A DNA stretch of 64,000 nucleotides. Source: Mobula hypostoma. Taxonomy: Eukaryota. Positions within the stretch are counted from its first letter, which is position 1. The number at the start of each line of letters is the position of its first letter. Below, in pieces: positions 47,718-60,329 of this stretch. Made by a program: the position numbers and the translations under genes. The stretch spans positions 27,466,001 to 27,530,000 of the forward strand of contig NC_086122.1 in the NCBI RefSeq assembly GCF_963921235.1, written 5' to 3'. The notes under the pieces are model-generated. The model was not told the origin of the DNA. It made no database searches and saw nothing but the letters and a program-made list of their open reading frames with translations.

Positions 47718-49380
47718 CAGAATCATAGATTTATATAGCACAGAAACAGGCCCTTTGGCCCAACTCCTTTATGCTATCTACGGTGCCGACCTGATCAAGT
47801 CCAATTTGCTTGCATTTGATCTGTATTGATGGCTCTCTCCAAATGGCTTTTACACATTGTAATTCTACCCTTGTCTACCACTTCCTCTAACTGTTCATTC
47901 CATATTCACACCACCCTCTTTGGGAAAAAAATTGCCCTAAGGGTTCCCTTTAAATCTTTCCCTGTTACTTTAAACTTTTTAGATCTTCGTACCCTCAGAA
48001 AAAATTCTTACCTATTCCCCTCATGATTTTAAATATCTCTGTAAGTCACCCCTCAGCTCCTTTGTTCCAGGGAAAAATGTCCCAGCCTATCAAGTCACTC
48101 CTTATACCTGCCCCATCCAATCCCTGCAACGTCCTTGTGAATCTTCACTGCCTCCTGTGTACTTAGTCAGTCCGTCCTATACAATGACGACGAGAACTGC
48201 TCACAGTACTCCAAGTGCAGCCTCTCACCAGCTGTAACACGACAAGCCAATTCTTGTAATCAGCGCCATATCTGATGAAGGCAAGCATTGTCATAGTTTT
48301 TCTTCAACAGTTTGTCTTTGTTGTCACCTTCCGGGAGCTCTGTCCAGGAGAAGGCTTCAGTTCTATCACGTTCCCCAGAGCCCTGACTTTTAGTGTGTAA
48401 GTCCTACCTTGGTTTAACTTCCCAAGATACAATTCTGTGCGAAAGTCTTTGGTACATGTATATAGCTAGGGCGCCTAGAACTTTTGTATAGTACTGTATG
48501 CGTCAACATGGAATGGAGAGCAAGTTTGTCAATCAGGCAGGAGCAAAGGATGTTGGGAATGGCGAGGGAAGAGTGCCGTGGGAGGGGTGGCAGAGAGGTA
48601 GCGCCAGGGGTGGGGAGGGGGTTGGCATGGGTGCAAACACCGGGCAAGGTCATTTAATTCCAAGCAATCAGCTTATTGATCATTACAGAATGTCCCTCTG
48701 GTACTTCCCGCTCTCTCCCCTTTTTCCAATCAATTCCCCTCTCCCTGTCCCCTTCCCACTCCCCACAATAGAGACCCATATCAGAACCAGGTTTATCATC
48801 ACTCACATAGGTCACGAAATTTATTTTTTTTACGTGGCAGCAGTACAGACAAATACATAAAATTACTGCGGTTCTCAGCAAAGGTCTTGGGCACCATAGC
48901 TATATATATGTACCTACGACTTTTGAATAGTGTTGTACATCACTTTGCACTTGTCTGCAGTAAATTCCATCTGCCATTCTTATTCTTACATCATTTTGCA
49001 ACGTTCTTCTTCACCGTCCATCATACCACTAACCTTGGTGGCATCTGCAGACTTCCTAATAACACCACCTGCATTTTTGTCCAGATTGTTAATATATTTG
49101 ACAAACAACAGGAATCTCAGCACTGATCCCTGTAGCACACCACAGGTCCCAGTCTTCAGTCTGACAAACAACTCTGCATTGTCACTCTCTGACTCCACCA
49201 CCGAGCTAATTCTGTATCCAGCTGGCTCGCTCACCTGAATCCCAGGTGATCCAACCTTCCAAAGCAGCTTACCTTGTGGGACCTGGTCAAAGACCTCGCT
49301 GAAGTTCATATAGACAATGTCTATTGCCAGGCCCTTGTCAATCCTTTTGCTCACTTCTTCAAAAAGCACAATGAAATCTG
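47718..49380 (-). mobile_element. CR1 LINE RT and 3' fragment, interrupted by the composite MITE
   Basis: ORF 48986-49369(-) DIVYMNFSEVFDQVP...GVLQGSVLRFLLFVKYINNLD...KSADATK. Confidence 0.85.
48430..48935 (-). mobile_element. Composite Tc1-like MITE (copy 3)
   Basis: Reverse complement of 24530-25068, TA on both sides, inserted in CR1. Confidence 0.85.
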
Positions 49381-49589
49381 TGAGCTATTAGCATATAAGT
49401 ATGATGTATCAACCATCTATCTATGAGAGCAGCTGTCTTCAGTAATCCTTGGACATGAACAATGATATCCTTTTGTTCCTCAGACTTCCTCAGGTCATTG
49501 TTCCACTTAAGAAGATGGTCGATTTGAACTTCTCATCCATTGACCTTCAGGATATGGACAGTGGAAAGCTAATGGTAATTCTATTCAAT

Positions 49590-50688
49590 AATAGCAGTAA
49601 GTGTGAGGTGTTGCACTTCGTTAGAACCAACCAGGATAGGTCTTACACAAATGAATGGTTGGGTACTGAGGAGTGCAGTAGATCAAAGGGATCCTAATTC
49701 ATTGGAAGTGGTGTCACAGGTTGATAGTCATAAAGAAACCTTTTGGCACATTGGCCTTCGTAAATCCAAATATTGAGTACAGGAGATGGGATGTTATGTT
49801 GAAATTGTGTAAGAAATTGGTGAGACCTAATTTGGAGTATTGTGTGCAGTTTTGGTCACCTACCGACAGGAAAGATGTAAATAAGGTTGAAAGAGTACAG
49901 AGAAGATATACAAGTATGTTGCCAGGTTTTTTCTAGCACCTGAGTTGTAAGGAAAGATTGAATAGGTTAGTACTTTATTCCTTGGATTGTAGAAGATTGA
50001 GAGGAGATTTGATAGAGGTATTCACAATTATGGGCAACTATTCGTGGGCACGCGGCCAAGTGGTTAAGGCATTGGACTAGTGACCTGAAGGTCGTGAGTT
50101 CGAGCCGCAGCCGAGGGGATGTGTTGTGTCCTTGAGCAAGGCACTTAATCACTGTGCTCTGTGACGACACTGGTGCCAAGCTGTATGGGTCCTAATGCCC
50201 TTCCCTTGGACAACATTGGCGTCGTGGAGAGGGGATACTTGCAGCATGGGCAACTGCTGGTCTTCCATATAACCTTGCCCAGGCCTGGAGAGTGAAGACT
50301 TTCCAGGCACAGATCCATGGTCTCGCAAGACTAACGGATGCCTTTAACTCACAATTATGAGGGGTATAGATAGGGTAAATGCAAGCAGGCTTTTTCCACT
50401 AGGGTTGGGTGGGACTAAACTAGAGGTGATGGGTTAAGGGTGAAAGGTGAAAAGTTTAAGGGGAACATGAGGAGAAACTTCTTCACTCAGAGGTTCATGA
50501 GAATGTGAATGAGCTGCCAGTACAACTGGTGCATGTGAGCTCAATTCCAACATTTAAGCGAAGTTTGGATAGGTACATGGATGGTAGGGGTCCCAGTGCA
50601 GGTCGATGGGAGTAGGCAGTTTAATTGGCTTGGCATGGACCAGATGGGCCAAAGGGCCTGTTTCTGTGCTGTAATTTTCTATGACTCT
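49590..50688 (+). mobile_element. CR1 LINE 3' fragment
   Basis: SKCEVLHF...LVRPNLEYCVQFWSP...ERVQRR, with tail TTCTATGACTCTA. Confidence 0.9.
50033..50348 (+). mobile_element. tRNA-derived SINE (CORE-like block, RTE-type tail) with 11-bp TSD
   Basis: GGCCAAGTGGTTAAGGC A box, GTTCGAGCC B box, GTGTCCTTGAGCAAGGCACTTAA. TSD TCACAATTATG at 50022-50032 and 50349-50359. Confidence 0.85.
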
Positions 50689-51224
50689 AAGTGATTGGGT
50701 TTTCTCTTCTTCATAATTGTTTTCATTTTTTGTCCCAGATTTCACTTCCCACTTATAAGCCCATGCCAAATGTCTGGGTCTTGCTACATGCGTACGTGAG
50801 TTACTTATTCATTGAGGAATTGTGAATGGAATTAGCCAGACTGGATTAATAGAGCAAGACGTTACCTGGCCAATTCCCTCATCGCTAGGTGGAAGCTAAT
50901 CTAACTGCACTGACACACCTTGGCCAGAGGCACCAAACATCCTGAGCAGTGGGAGGGATTGTCATGTCTTTTAAGGTGTTGGAAGTGGGAAGAAGGAATG
51001 CACTGCTTTTCCAACAGATCCAGGTGATTCTGGGTCTCCCTGTGTTCTCTCTGGTCTCTTTGGCCTGGAATGTTTGGTAGTAAGAGCTATTTAAACATTA
51101 TGTGAATAGAAATAAAAAATTACATTAAAATGCCTGCTCACCAGTGTACAGACCTAACTTCTGTGCATATAATTGTTCTTGCTTTCCTCTCTGCTCCTTT
51201 TGTCCCACATTGGTATTTGTTTTA

Positions 51225-51760
51225 GTATTAGTTTATCATTGTCACTTGAACCAAGATTCAGTAAAAAGCTTAGCATGCATCACGTCAAGACAGATCAAAT
51301 CATGACACGGTACATTGAGCTAGACTAAGGTAAGACAGCAATACAGAATCATGTGTAAAAGCTATCAAAAGATGTACAGTGCAGGTAAAAGATAAAAGAG
51401 CAAGATCACAATGAGGCAGATTGTTGGGGTCGGGAGTCCACCTTATCGTACAAGAGGACAGTTGGAGAGTGTGATTACAGTGGCATGGAAGCTGTCCTCA
51501 AGCCTGGAGGTGCGTGCTTTCAGGCTATTGTGTATCCCGCTTGATGGGAGAGGGGAGAAGAGAGACAGTCTAGGGTGGGAGGGGTCTTTGATTCTGTTGG
51601 CTGTTTTACTGAGACAGCAAAGAAGCGTAGGCAGAGTCCGTAGAGGGGAGGTTGGTTCCCATGATGAGCTGAGCTCTGTCCACAACTCTCTGCAGCTTCT
51701 TACAGTCTTTTGCAGAGCAGTTGTCGTATCGAGCTGTTCTGCATCCAGACAAACCGCAGA
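51225..51760 (-). mobile_element. Rex1/Babar LINE 3' fragment
   Basis: ORF 51443-51799(-) IKDPSHPRLSLFSPLPSG...ARTSRLEDSF. Confidence 0.8.
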
Positions 51761-51823
51761 GGGAAATGAAATTGTGATTGTTTCTGGATTAAGTGACACA
51801 TTTTTGGAAATCTAGCCTTAATC

Positions 51824-52746
51824 NNNNNNNNNNNNNNNNNNNNNNNNNNNNNNNNNNNNNNNNNNNNNNNNNNNNNNNNNNNNNNNNNNNNNNNNNNNNN
51901 NNNNNNNNNNNNNNNNNNNNNNNNNNNNNNNNNNNNNNNNNNNNNNNNNNNNNNNNNNNNNNNNNNNNNNNNNNNNNNNNNNAGTTTTTGTACGTGTGTG
52001 AGTGTCTTTCTCTGTGAGTATGTGAGCGTGTATGTGTGTATGTGTGTGTGTGTGTGTGTGTGCGCGCACACACGTGTGTTTGTATTTGTGAGTGTGTGTT
52101 TTTGTGTGTGTGTATGTGTGTGTGTTTCTCTCTATGTGTGAGAATGTGTGTGTGTGTGTGTGTGTATATGTGTATCTCTGTGTGAGTTTTTGTACATGTA
52201 TGAGTGTCTCTCTCTNNNNNNNNNNNNNNNNNNNNNNNNNNNNNNNNNNNNNNNNNNNNNNNNNNNNNNNNNNNNNNNNNNNNNNNNNNNNNNNNNNNNN
52301 NNNNNNNNNNNNNNNNNNNNNNNNNNNNNNNNNNNNNNNNNNNNNNNNNNNNNNNNNNNNNNNNNNNNNNNNNNNNNNNNNNNNNNNNNNNNNNNNNNNN
52401 NNNNNNNNNNNNNNNNNNNNNNNNNNNNNNNNNNNNNNNNNNNNNNNNNNNNNNNNNNNNNNNNNNNNNNNNNNNNNNNNNNNNNNNNNNTGTCTGTGAG
52501 TGTTTGTGTGTTTGTGTCTGTGTGAGTGTGTGTGTGTGTCTGTGTGAGTGTGTATAAGTGTGTCTCTGTCTGTGTGTGTTNNNNNNNNNNNNNNNNNNNN
52601 NNNNNNNNNNNNNNNNNNNNNNNNNNNNNNNNNNNNNNNNNNNNNNNNNNNNNNNNNNNNNNNNNNNNNNNNNNNNNNNNNNNNNNNNNNNNNNNNNNNN
52701 NNNNNNNNNNNNNNNNNNNNNNNNNNNNNNNNNNNNNNNNNNNNNN
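51824..52746. repeat. Imperfect (TG)n low-complexity array with three assembly gaps
   Basis: N runs at 51824-51982, 52216-52490 and 52581-52746, separated by TG-rich sequence. Confidence 0.95.
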
Positions 52747-53224
52747 GAAGTAAAGCAGTGCTTAGTGATGGTTAAGGGAGTGGGTGTTGAGGTGGAAACA
52801 TTGTCCACAGTATACCATACAAGTAGATTTTGCCTCTGTGTTTATGGGTAATGTTGCTGAGAGGCAGAATATAAATGAGAAATAAGAGTAAAGAAAAAAG
52901 AAAACTACTTCAGCACTGCAGAAGGTTAATGATATTCCGTCAATAGTATAGAAAGTGCTAACCATGGAATATTCAGCAAGAATGCAAGAATTCTCTATTC
53001 CTGAGGGCTGTTTAGCCTTCCTATTAGCATATTCTCCGCTCAGACATTTTGTTGAGTTATTGAACAAGTTTTCAAATGCCGGTCCCCGCACGGATCAAGT
53101 TGCTACACTCTACTTGCAAACCATTTTTAAAATAGTGCTGTACACAATTATTTGGTTTTAATTTTTTTTTCATTTGATTTCCTTTCTTTCTTTCTCACTG
53201 CACAGTTCGAGCACTGGGGAGGCC

Positions 53225-54100
53225 AGCCGGGATAGTGGAACACTCCTCTTGTGGGATGTGGGAAGGCAGGGAGACTTCCGGCGTCCCTGACAGCTACAGC
53301 TGCAAGAAATGCATCCAGCTGCAGCTCCTTTCAGACCATGTTGCAGGTTTGGAGCTGAGACTGGATCATTTGGGATGCGGAGAGGTTGATCGACAGGACA
53401 GGCAGTGGGCTAGTTACACCCAAGGCGCAGGGCTCGGGTAACTGGGTGAGCATTAGGATGGGGAAAGAGAACAGGCAGCCATTCCCCTCAAAAACAGTTA
53501 TACCACTTTGGACAGAGTTGGGGAGGGGATGATGCAGCAGAGGAAGACCATAGCAGTTAGGTCTTTGGCACTGAGTCTGCCTCTATAGTTCGGAAATGAA
53601 GGGGAGAAGTGATGAGCTATAATGATAGGGGATTCAATGGTTAGGGGAACAGACAAGAGGTTCTGTGGACAAGAACGAGTTTCCTGGGTGGTGTGCTGCC
53701 TTCTGGGTGACAGGGCCAGGGACATCTTGGATCAAGTCCACAGCATTCTTAAGTAGGAGGGCGATTAGCCAGAGGTAGTGGTCCATGTCGGTACCAGTGA
53801 CATAGGTAGGAAGTGCGGTGAGGTCCTGCAAAGTGAGTTCATGGAATTAGGTGTTAAGTTAAAGGACAAGACCCCAGGGTTGTGATCTTAGGAATGCTAC
53901 CCATGCCAAAAATAGGAAGACAGTTTAACTCATAGCTAGGAATATGGTGCAGGAAGGACGGCTTCAGATTTTTGGATCATCAGATTCTCTTCCAGGGAAT
54001 GTGGGACGTATACAGATGGGACAGTTCGCACCTGAACTGCGGGGGGACTACAAATCCTTGCGAGGAGGTTTGCTTACGCTGCATGGGAGATTTAAACTAG
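53225..54100 (+). pseudogene. CR1 ORF1 remnant: zinc finger/leucine zipper plus SGNH esterase domain
   Basis: GDS motif at about 53628-53636, HVGTSD block, and GQFAPE where the DxxH motif is expected. Confidence 0.75.
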
Positions 54101-54813
54101 AGTTTCAGGGGGGTGAGAACCAGAGCAACAGAGCAGATAGTGGAGTGTTTGAGGGAAAAGATGTTGTTAAGGCTACTTACAAAGTCAGGAGTCGCAGCTT
54201 TGAGCATGGTGGGGCTTATGTTCTGAGCTGTGCATATTTCAATGCAAGGACTATTGTAGAAAGATGGGAGCACTGGGCATGGACCAACATGTGGAATAAT
54301 GACATTGTGGCCATTAGTGAGGCTTGGTTGCAGGAGGGAGCAGGTCAGTGTCCAAGGGTTCAGTTGCTTTACATGTGATAATAGAGAGGGAGGGATTAAA
54401 GGGAGAGGAATCTCATTACCAGTCAGGGAAAATTTCATGACAGTGCAGAGACAGGACAGGCTGCAGAACTTGTCCAGTGAGGTTAAATAGGTGGAACTAA
54501 GGAATGAGAAAGGGATGACCATGTAATGGGATCATAACATTGACCACCTAATAGTCAGCGGGATTTAAAGGAACAAGTTTATAAAGAGATCGCAGACTGT
54601 TGCAAAAATCATAAAGTTGTGATGGTCAATGACTTTGACTTTCCACATATTTACTGGGACTCTCACACTGTAAAAGGGCTCAATAGGACAGAGTTTGTCA
54701 AATGTGTTCAGGAACGTTTCCTTAATCTATACAGAGGTCCCAACTAGAGGGAGTGTAATACTAGATCTCTGTTAGGGAATGAGACAGGGCAGGTGAGAGA
54801 AGTTTGTGTAGAG

Positions 54814-57632
54814 TAGTGATTCCCAACGGGGGTGGTTATGTGTCCTAAGGGGAGTATAGAAGCTGTTGGGGAGGGGGGGCATTCAAGATTCTTAGGGGGA
54901 GCCACCGTAAGCAGCACCCTAACTTGAGGCACGAGATCTGACTGACTGTTAGTAGAGCAGGCACTTACACCAAAAGGACGAGGCACTGGAACACAGGAAG
55001 AACCATAGCTCTGCAGACAGTGAGCACTCATCGTCACAATCTCCGCAATCTCATCCGACCCTACCAACCAAGCAGACATTATTGGGGATGCATATATAAG
55101 CAAGCAAGGTGCCCAATGGTTCCCCTTGACTCATGGCACGGAACGAGTTCATGCAAATTAACAGTTGATGAGTCAAGTATATCCTCTCAACTTTCTCAGC
55201 AGATCTACGGCAAACAGGTCACGCAATGATACAGCGGAACCGGACAGTAACATAGAGCCAATCACTGAACCTGCTGACCCTGAGGATTCCTCTTAAAGTG
55301 CGCAAAGTGACCTTGGCTTCATATGTGCAGCCAAGAACCATGTTTGGGGATTATGAAACCTTGTGTGATTGGTCAATCACATTAACTGGGATAGTATAAA
55401 GGTAGTTCTATCCCGACTAACATTCAGATCCCAGTCTGAATCTTTGTCAATATAATTTTCACTGCTGTGATAGTCTTCGTCTTCACTTTGCCGTTCCTTT
55501 GCATGCCGCTACCATCATTCCCACTGTGTTAACTTCTTGCCATTGTCAACATCTGATAGGCATTCCCAGTTTGTGCTAGTTTTTAATTTTAATTTAGCCC
55601 TGTTAGTGATGGATAAATATTTATAGCACGATATCCATGACTCTGAAGGTGGTAAAGCCTTAAATTCTGATCCTGCTAAGAAAAAGAAACTACAGAAAGT
55701 GCATCAATACAATGTTACATACATGGAGCATGGATTTATTCCATTCCTATCAAATCAGTGATGCCCCAAGCATCTTACTTGTAATACTATACTGTCTAAT
55801 GAAACCATGAAACTATCAAAATTGCAGGAACACTTCTGTAAAAGACACCCTGAAAGACTACTTATAGTATTACTCAGTTCCAGAAGATGATGAAAGCATT
55901 TGGAAAACATTGCACACTCGAGTCATTTGCCAAGAAAGCTAAAAATGACCTTGATAGTGGTTTCATTGCTTCTTATAACATTTCCAAAATGATAGCAAAG
56001 TGTGGAAAAATTCATACAACTGGTGAAAGATTAATAATGCCTGCTGTATCAGAGGTGCTCACCACTGTTCTCAAAATGGATACTGTACCAGTATTTTAAA
56101 ATCAATTCCTCTGAGTAAAAACTTTGCAGCTCATCGTATTGACAAAATAAGTGAAGACATTGAGTAGCAACTATGCACAGAGCTACAAAAAGCAGGATTT
56201 GAGATACAACTGGATGAGTCAACTGTGAGAGAAAATGAGGCATTGCTAATGTACAGTTTATCAAAAATGGAAAAGTTTATGAAAAAGTTCTCTTTTGGAA
56301 AAAGTTAAAAACAAACATCAACAGAGAATCAATCTACAATGAGTTCAAAATGTATATTGAGGATAGAAGTATTCCATTTAGGAACATGATTTCTTATGCA
56401 ACAGATGAAGCACTATTTCTGACAGGTCACCATGCTGGCTTAGTGACAATTATGAAAAAGAAATTCCAATCCATTGTGTAATTCATTGTCAACACCTCAC
56501 TGCCAAAAACCTCAGCCAGCGACTTTTTTCAAACATGACTCTTGTAATATCTGCTATCAACAAAATTAAAGCTCATCCATTAAATAGCAGATTATTTCAC
56601 CAGTTATGCCAAGATAATGATTAAGAGTTTGAACGCTTGCTTCTTCACACTGAAGTGCATTGGCTGTCAAAGGCTGCTGCTTAAAAAATTTATTAGATCT
56701 TTGGACACTGTGGTTGAGTTTTAGTTCAAAGTCGATAAGAACTTGGGAAACAAGTCTGAACTTCTATGTTGCATACCTAGCAGATCTGCATGACAAAATG
56801 AATATTCTAAATATAAAACTGCAGGGTGAGATTTTCGATTTAATCCAGGCAAAAAGTGAAGTGTTCATTTTTATCAGAAAATTGGAAATATATCTTCAAA
56901 ACATTCAGAAAAGAATGCTCTCACAGTTTCCCTGCATGGAAGTATGGCACTCTCTTTCACAGACAGTGATTTGCAAGAGTACTGTTTACTCCTGCAGTCT
57001 CTAAAGAAGGATTTTTAGAATCAATTCAAAGATTTGAATGATCGGAAATTCCGGACTGGGTAATTAGCCCATTTCTTTGCAAGGTGGAAGAATGGGAAGA
57101 GAGCTTGCAAGAAGAAATTATTAAAATTCAGAATGTTCAAGAAGCAAAAATGCTTTTCAAAACTGTTGGCTTTTGTGCTATGTGGTTACACTGTCAAATG
57201 AAGTGTCTTGGTCTTGGGAGAAGAGCCAATCTGCTCTTCATTGCTTTACCATCTTCCTACCTTGTTGAAAGAGGCTTCAGTGAAGTGAACCACGTACTCA
57301 CAAAAAACAGAAACCACTTAAACATGGTTATGCATGTGGACTTAAGGCTTTTTCCGTCACAACCTGAACCAGGTATTTCAACTCTTGTTAAAAGCCATTA
57401 AGCTCAAGGATCACATTGATATTGAAGCTGCTGTACAGTGCACAGGTACTGTGTAAGCTAGATTTAAAGACAAATAAAAATTTAAAGCAGAATTATTTTT
57501 TTCATGTTAGCATATGGTAGGCATGTTTTTACATTATGGAGGCCAGAAAGCATACTGTGCCTAAGAGGGTCATTGGCAAGTCTGAAAGGGCTTTAGGGGA
57601 CGTTGGGCTAAAAAAATGGTTGGGAAACACTG
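54814..57632 (+). mobile_element. hAT transposon (Buster/Charlie group), full-length but decayed
   Basis: TIRs TAGTGATTCCCAAC / GTTGGGAAACACTG. Imperfect 8-bp TSD GTGTAGAG (54806-54813) / GTGTAGGA (57633-57640). The CR1 EN domain resumes after it. Confidence 0.92.
55609..57419 (+). pseudogene. hAT transposase pseudogene (ZBED5/SCAND3/FAM200-like)
   Basis: BED-finger remnant LSNETMKLSKLQEH, plus QLDEST, IHCVIHCQHL, LHTEVHWLSKG, PSSYLVERGFS, DLRL and terminal QGSH*. Multiple stops and frameshifts. Confidence 0.9.
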
Positions 57633-60329
57633 GTGTAGGAGAACACTTGGCATCTAGTGATATAGTGCCATTAGTTTCAAGATAATTATGGAAAAGGATA
57701 GGTCTGGTCCTCAGGCTGAGATTCTAAATTGGAGGAATGCCAATTTTGATGGTATCACAAAAGATCTGGCAAGTATGGGTTGGGATTGGTTGTTTTCTGG
57801 CAAAGGTGCACTTAGTAAATAGGATGCCTTCAAGGTGAAATTTTGAGAGTACAGAACTTGTATATTCCTTTCAAAATAAAAGTCAAGGGTAACAGGTTAA
57901 AGGAACCTTGTCTTTCGAGAGATATTGAGGCTTTTGTTAAGAAGAAGAAGGTGCATAGTAGGTATAGGCAGGAAGGAGTAAATGAGATATTTGAGGAGTA
58001 TGAGAAATACAAGAGGACACTTAAGAAGGAAATCAGGAGGGCTAAAAGGTGTGAGGTTGCTCCAGCAGACATGGTGAAGGAGAATCCCAAGGGCTTTTAC
58101 AGATGTATTAAGAGCAAAATCATAGCAAAGGACAAAATTGGTCTGCTTGAAGATCTGTGTGGTCATCTATGCATGGTGCCGAAAGAAATGGGGGAGAACT
58201 TAAATGGATATTTTGCATCTGTATTGACTCGGGAGATGGACTTGGAGTCTGTAGAAGTCAGGCAATGCAGCAGCCAGGTCTTGGACGGTATACAGATTAC
58301 AGAGTTTAATGCCTTAAGGAAAGTTAGGGTAGATAGATCCTCAGGGCCTGACAAGGTATTCTCTCAGATTTGGTGGGAGGCTAGTGCATAAATTGCAGGG
58401 GCCATGACAGAGATATTTAAAACATCCTTAGCCACAGGTGAGGGGCCAGAGGATTGGAGGATGGCCAACATTGTTCAGTTGGTTACGAAAGGCTCGAAGA
58501 ATAAGCTGGGAAATTATAGGCTGGTGAGCCTGACATTAGTAGTGGGTAAATTATTGGAAGACATTCTAAGGGATCGGATATATAAGTATTTGGATCGACA
58601 AGGGCTGATTGTAGATAGTCAACATGTCTTTGCACATGGTAGGTCATGATTAACCAATCTTATGGAGTTTTTTGAGGAAGTTACCAGGAAATTTGATGAA
58701 GACAAGACAGAGGATGTTCGCTACATGGACTTTAGAATGAGCTTTGAGAAGGTCCTGCATGGGAGGTTGGTCAAGAAGGTTCAGTTGCTTAGCATTCAGG
58801 ATGAGGTAGTAAATTGGATTAGACATTGGCTTCGCAGGAGAGGCCACAGTGTGGTAATAGATGGTTGCTTCTCTGACTGGAGGCCTGTGACAAGCGGTGC
58901 TGCCTCTGTTGTTGTTTGTCATCTACATATCAATGATCTAGATGATAATGTAGTAAACTGGATCAGCAGATTTGCTGATGACACCTAGATTCGGGGGATA
59001 GTAAACAATGAGGAGGGCTATCAAAGCTTGCAGCAGGATCTGGACCAGCTGGACAAATGGGCTGAAAAAATGGCCGAAGGAATTTAATGCAGAAAAGTCT
59101 AAGGTGTTGCACTTTGGGAGACCAACCAGGGCAGCCCTTGCATGGTAGAGCACTAGGGAATACAGTAGAACAGAGGGATCTGGGAATACAGATCCATAAT
59201 TCTTTGAAAGTGGCATCACAGGTAGGTAGGGACATAAAAAGAGCTTCTGATACTTTGGCCTTCATAAATCAAAGTATTGAGTACAGGAGTTGGGATGTTA
59301 TATTAAAGTTGTATAAGATATTGGTGAGGTCTAATTCTGTTCTGTGCAATTCTGATCACCTACCTCCAGGAAATATGTCAATAAGATTGAAAGTGTGCAG
59401 GGAAAAGTTAAAATGACGTTACTGGGATTTGAGGACCCGAGTTATAGGGAAAGGTTAAATAGGTTAGGAATTTATTCCTTAGAGTGTAGGGGAATAAGGA
59501 GAGATTTGATAATTACAGATAAGGTAAATGTAAGCATTCTTTTTCCACTGAGGTTCATGTGAGACAAACTAGGGGTTATGGTTGAAAGGAGAAAGGTGAA
59601 ATGTTTAAGGGGAACTTCTTCACTCAGTTACTGGTGAGAGTGTGGAACGAGCTGCCAGTGAAAATGGTGGATGTGGGTTTGATTTCAATATTTACAAGAA
59701 GCTTCGGTAGGTACGTGGATGGGAGGGCTATGGAGGTCTATGGTTCAGGTGCAGGTATATGGGATTAGGCAAGTTAATAATTCAGTATGAACTAGATGGG
59801 CCAAAGGGCCTGTTTCTGTACTGTAGTGGTCAATGACTCTATGACTTATTAAAAAACAGAAGTTACAAAAATGAATTTTCACTTGAATGCAACATTGTAC
59901 TATTTAATATGTGAGAGATGCAGTTAATATTTCCACTTTTGAGCAGTTGAAGGAAATGGGATACTTGTCAATTGCACATTACACACACCCCCCTCCAAAG
60001 AGCTGAATAGTTCTCTCTTCCATACCAGAAGACGTTGGGGAGTTGTGACAGAGAGACTCCTTCCGACATTTTCCCAAAATTTAACTTCAGATTCATTCAG
60101 TTCATTTACGCCAGTGGCGCACAGCCTTTTAAAGGGAAGCAAAATCAAAATAGCACATATTCTGAAAAGCTAAAACAAGATACTGGAGTTTTGCTTCCTG
60201 CTTTTCTTATCTCTCTGGCAACGGGGTGCAGGCTTACCCTCACATACCGGGCTTGCCCACCTGCTCCGCATTTTGCAACTCCCAAATACCTTGTGCTCTT
60301 TCATCTATGTTCTCATTCAGTATCTGCTC

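Larger units (their letters stand above)
53205..59846 (+). mobile_element. Near full-length decayed CR1 LINE (ORF1 zinc finger plus esterase; ORF2 EN-RT), interrupted by hAT
   Basis: ORF1 SSCGMW...CKKCIQLQLL, IGDSMVRG, VVHVGTSD. ORF2 YFNARTI, DFDFPHIYW, EDWRMANIV, NYRLVSLT, FADDT. 3' tail ATGACTCT repeats. Confidence 0.92.

Noticed and set aside
50046-50118. tRNA gene
   Set aside because: It is the tRNA-derived head of a SINE bounded by a TSD. The same applies to the V-SINE heads.
51700-52851. His/Thr- and Cys/Val-rich ORFs up to 339 aa
   Set aside because: Artefacts of (TG)n sequence and N gaps.
55609-57419. Domesticated ZBED/SCAND3-like host gene
   Set aside because: It has many stops and frameshifts, retains TIRs and a TSD, and sits inside a LINE.
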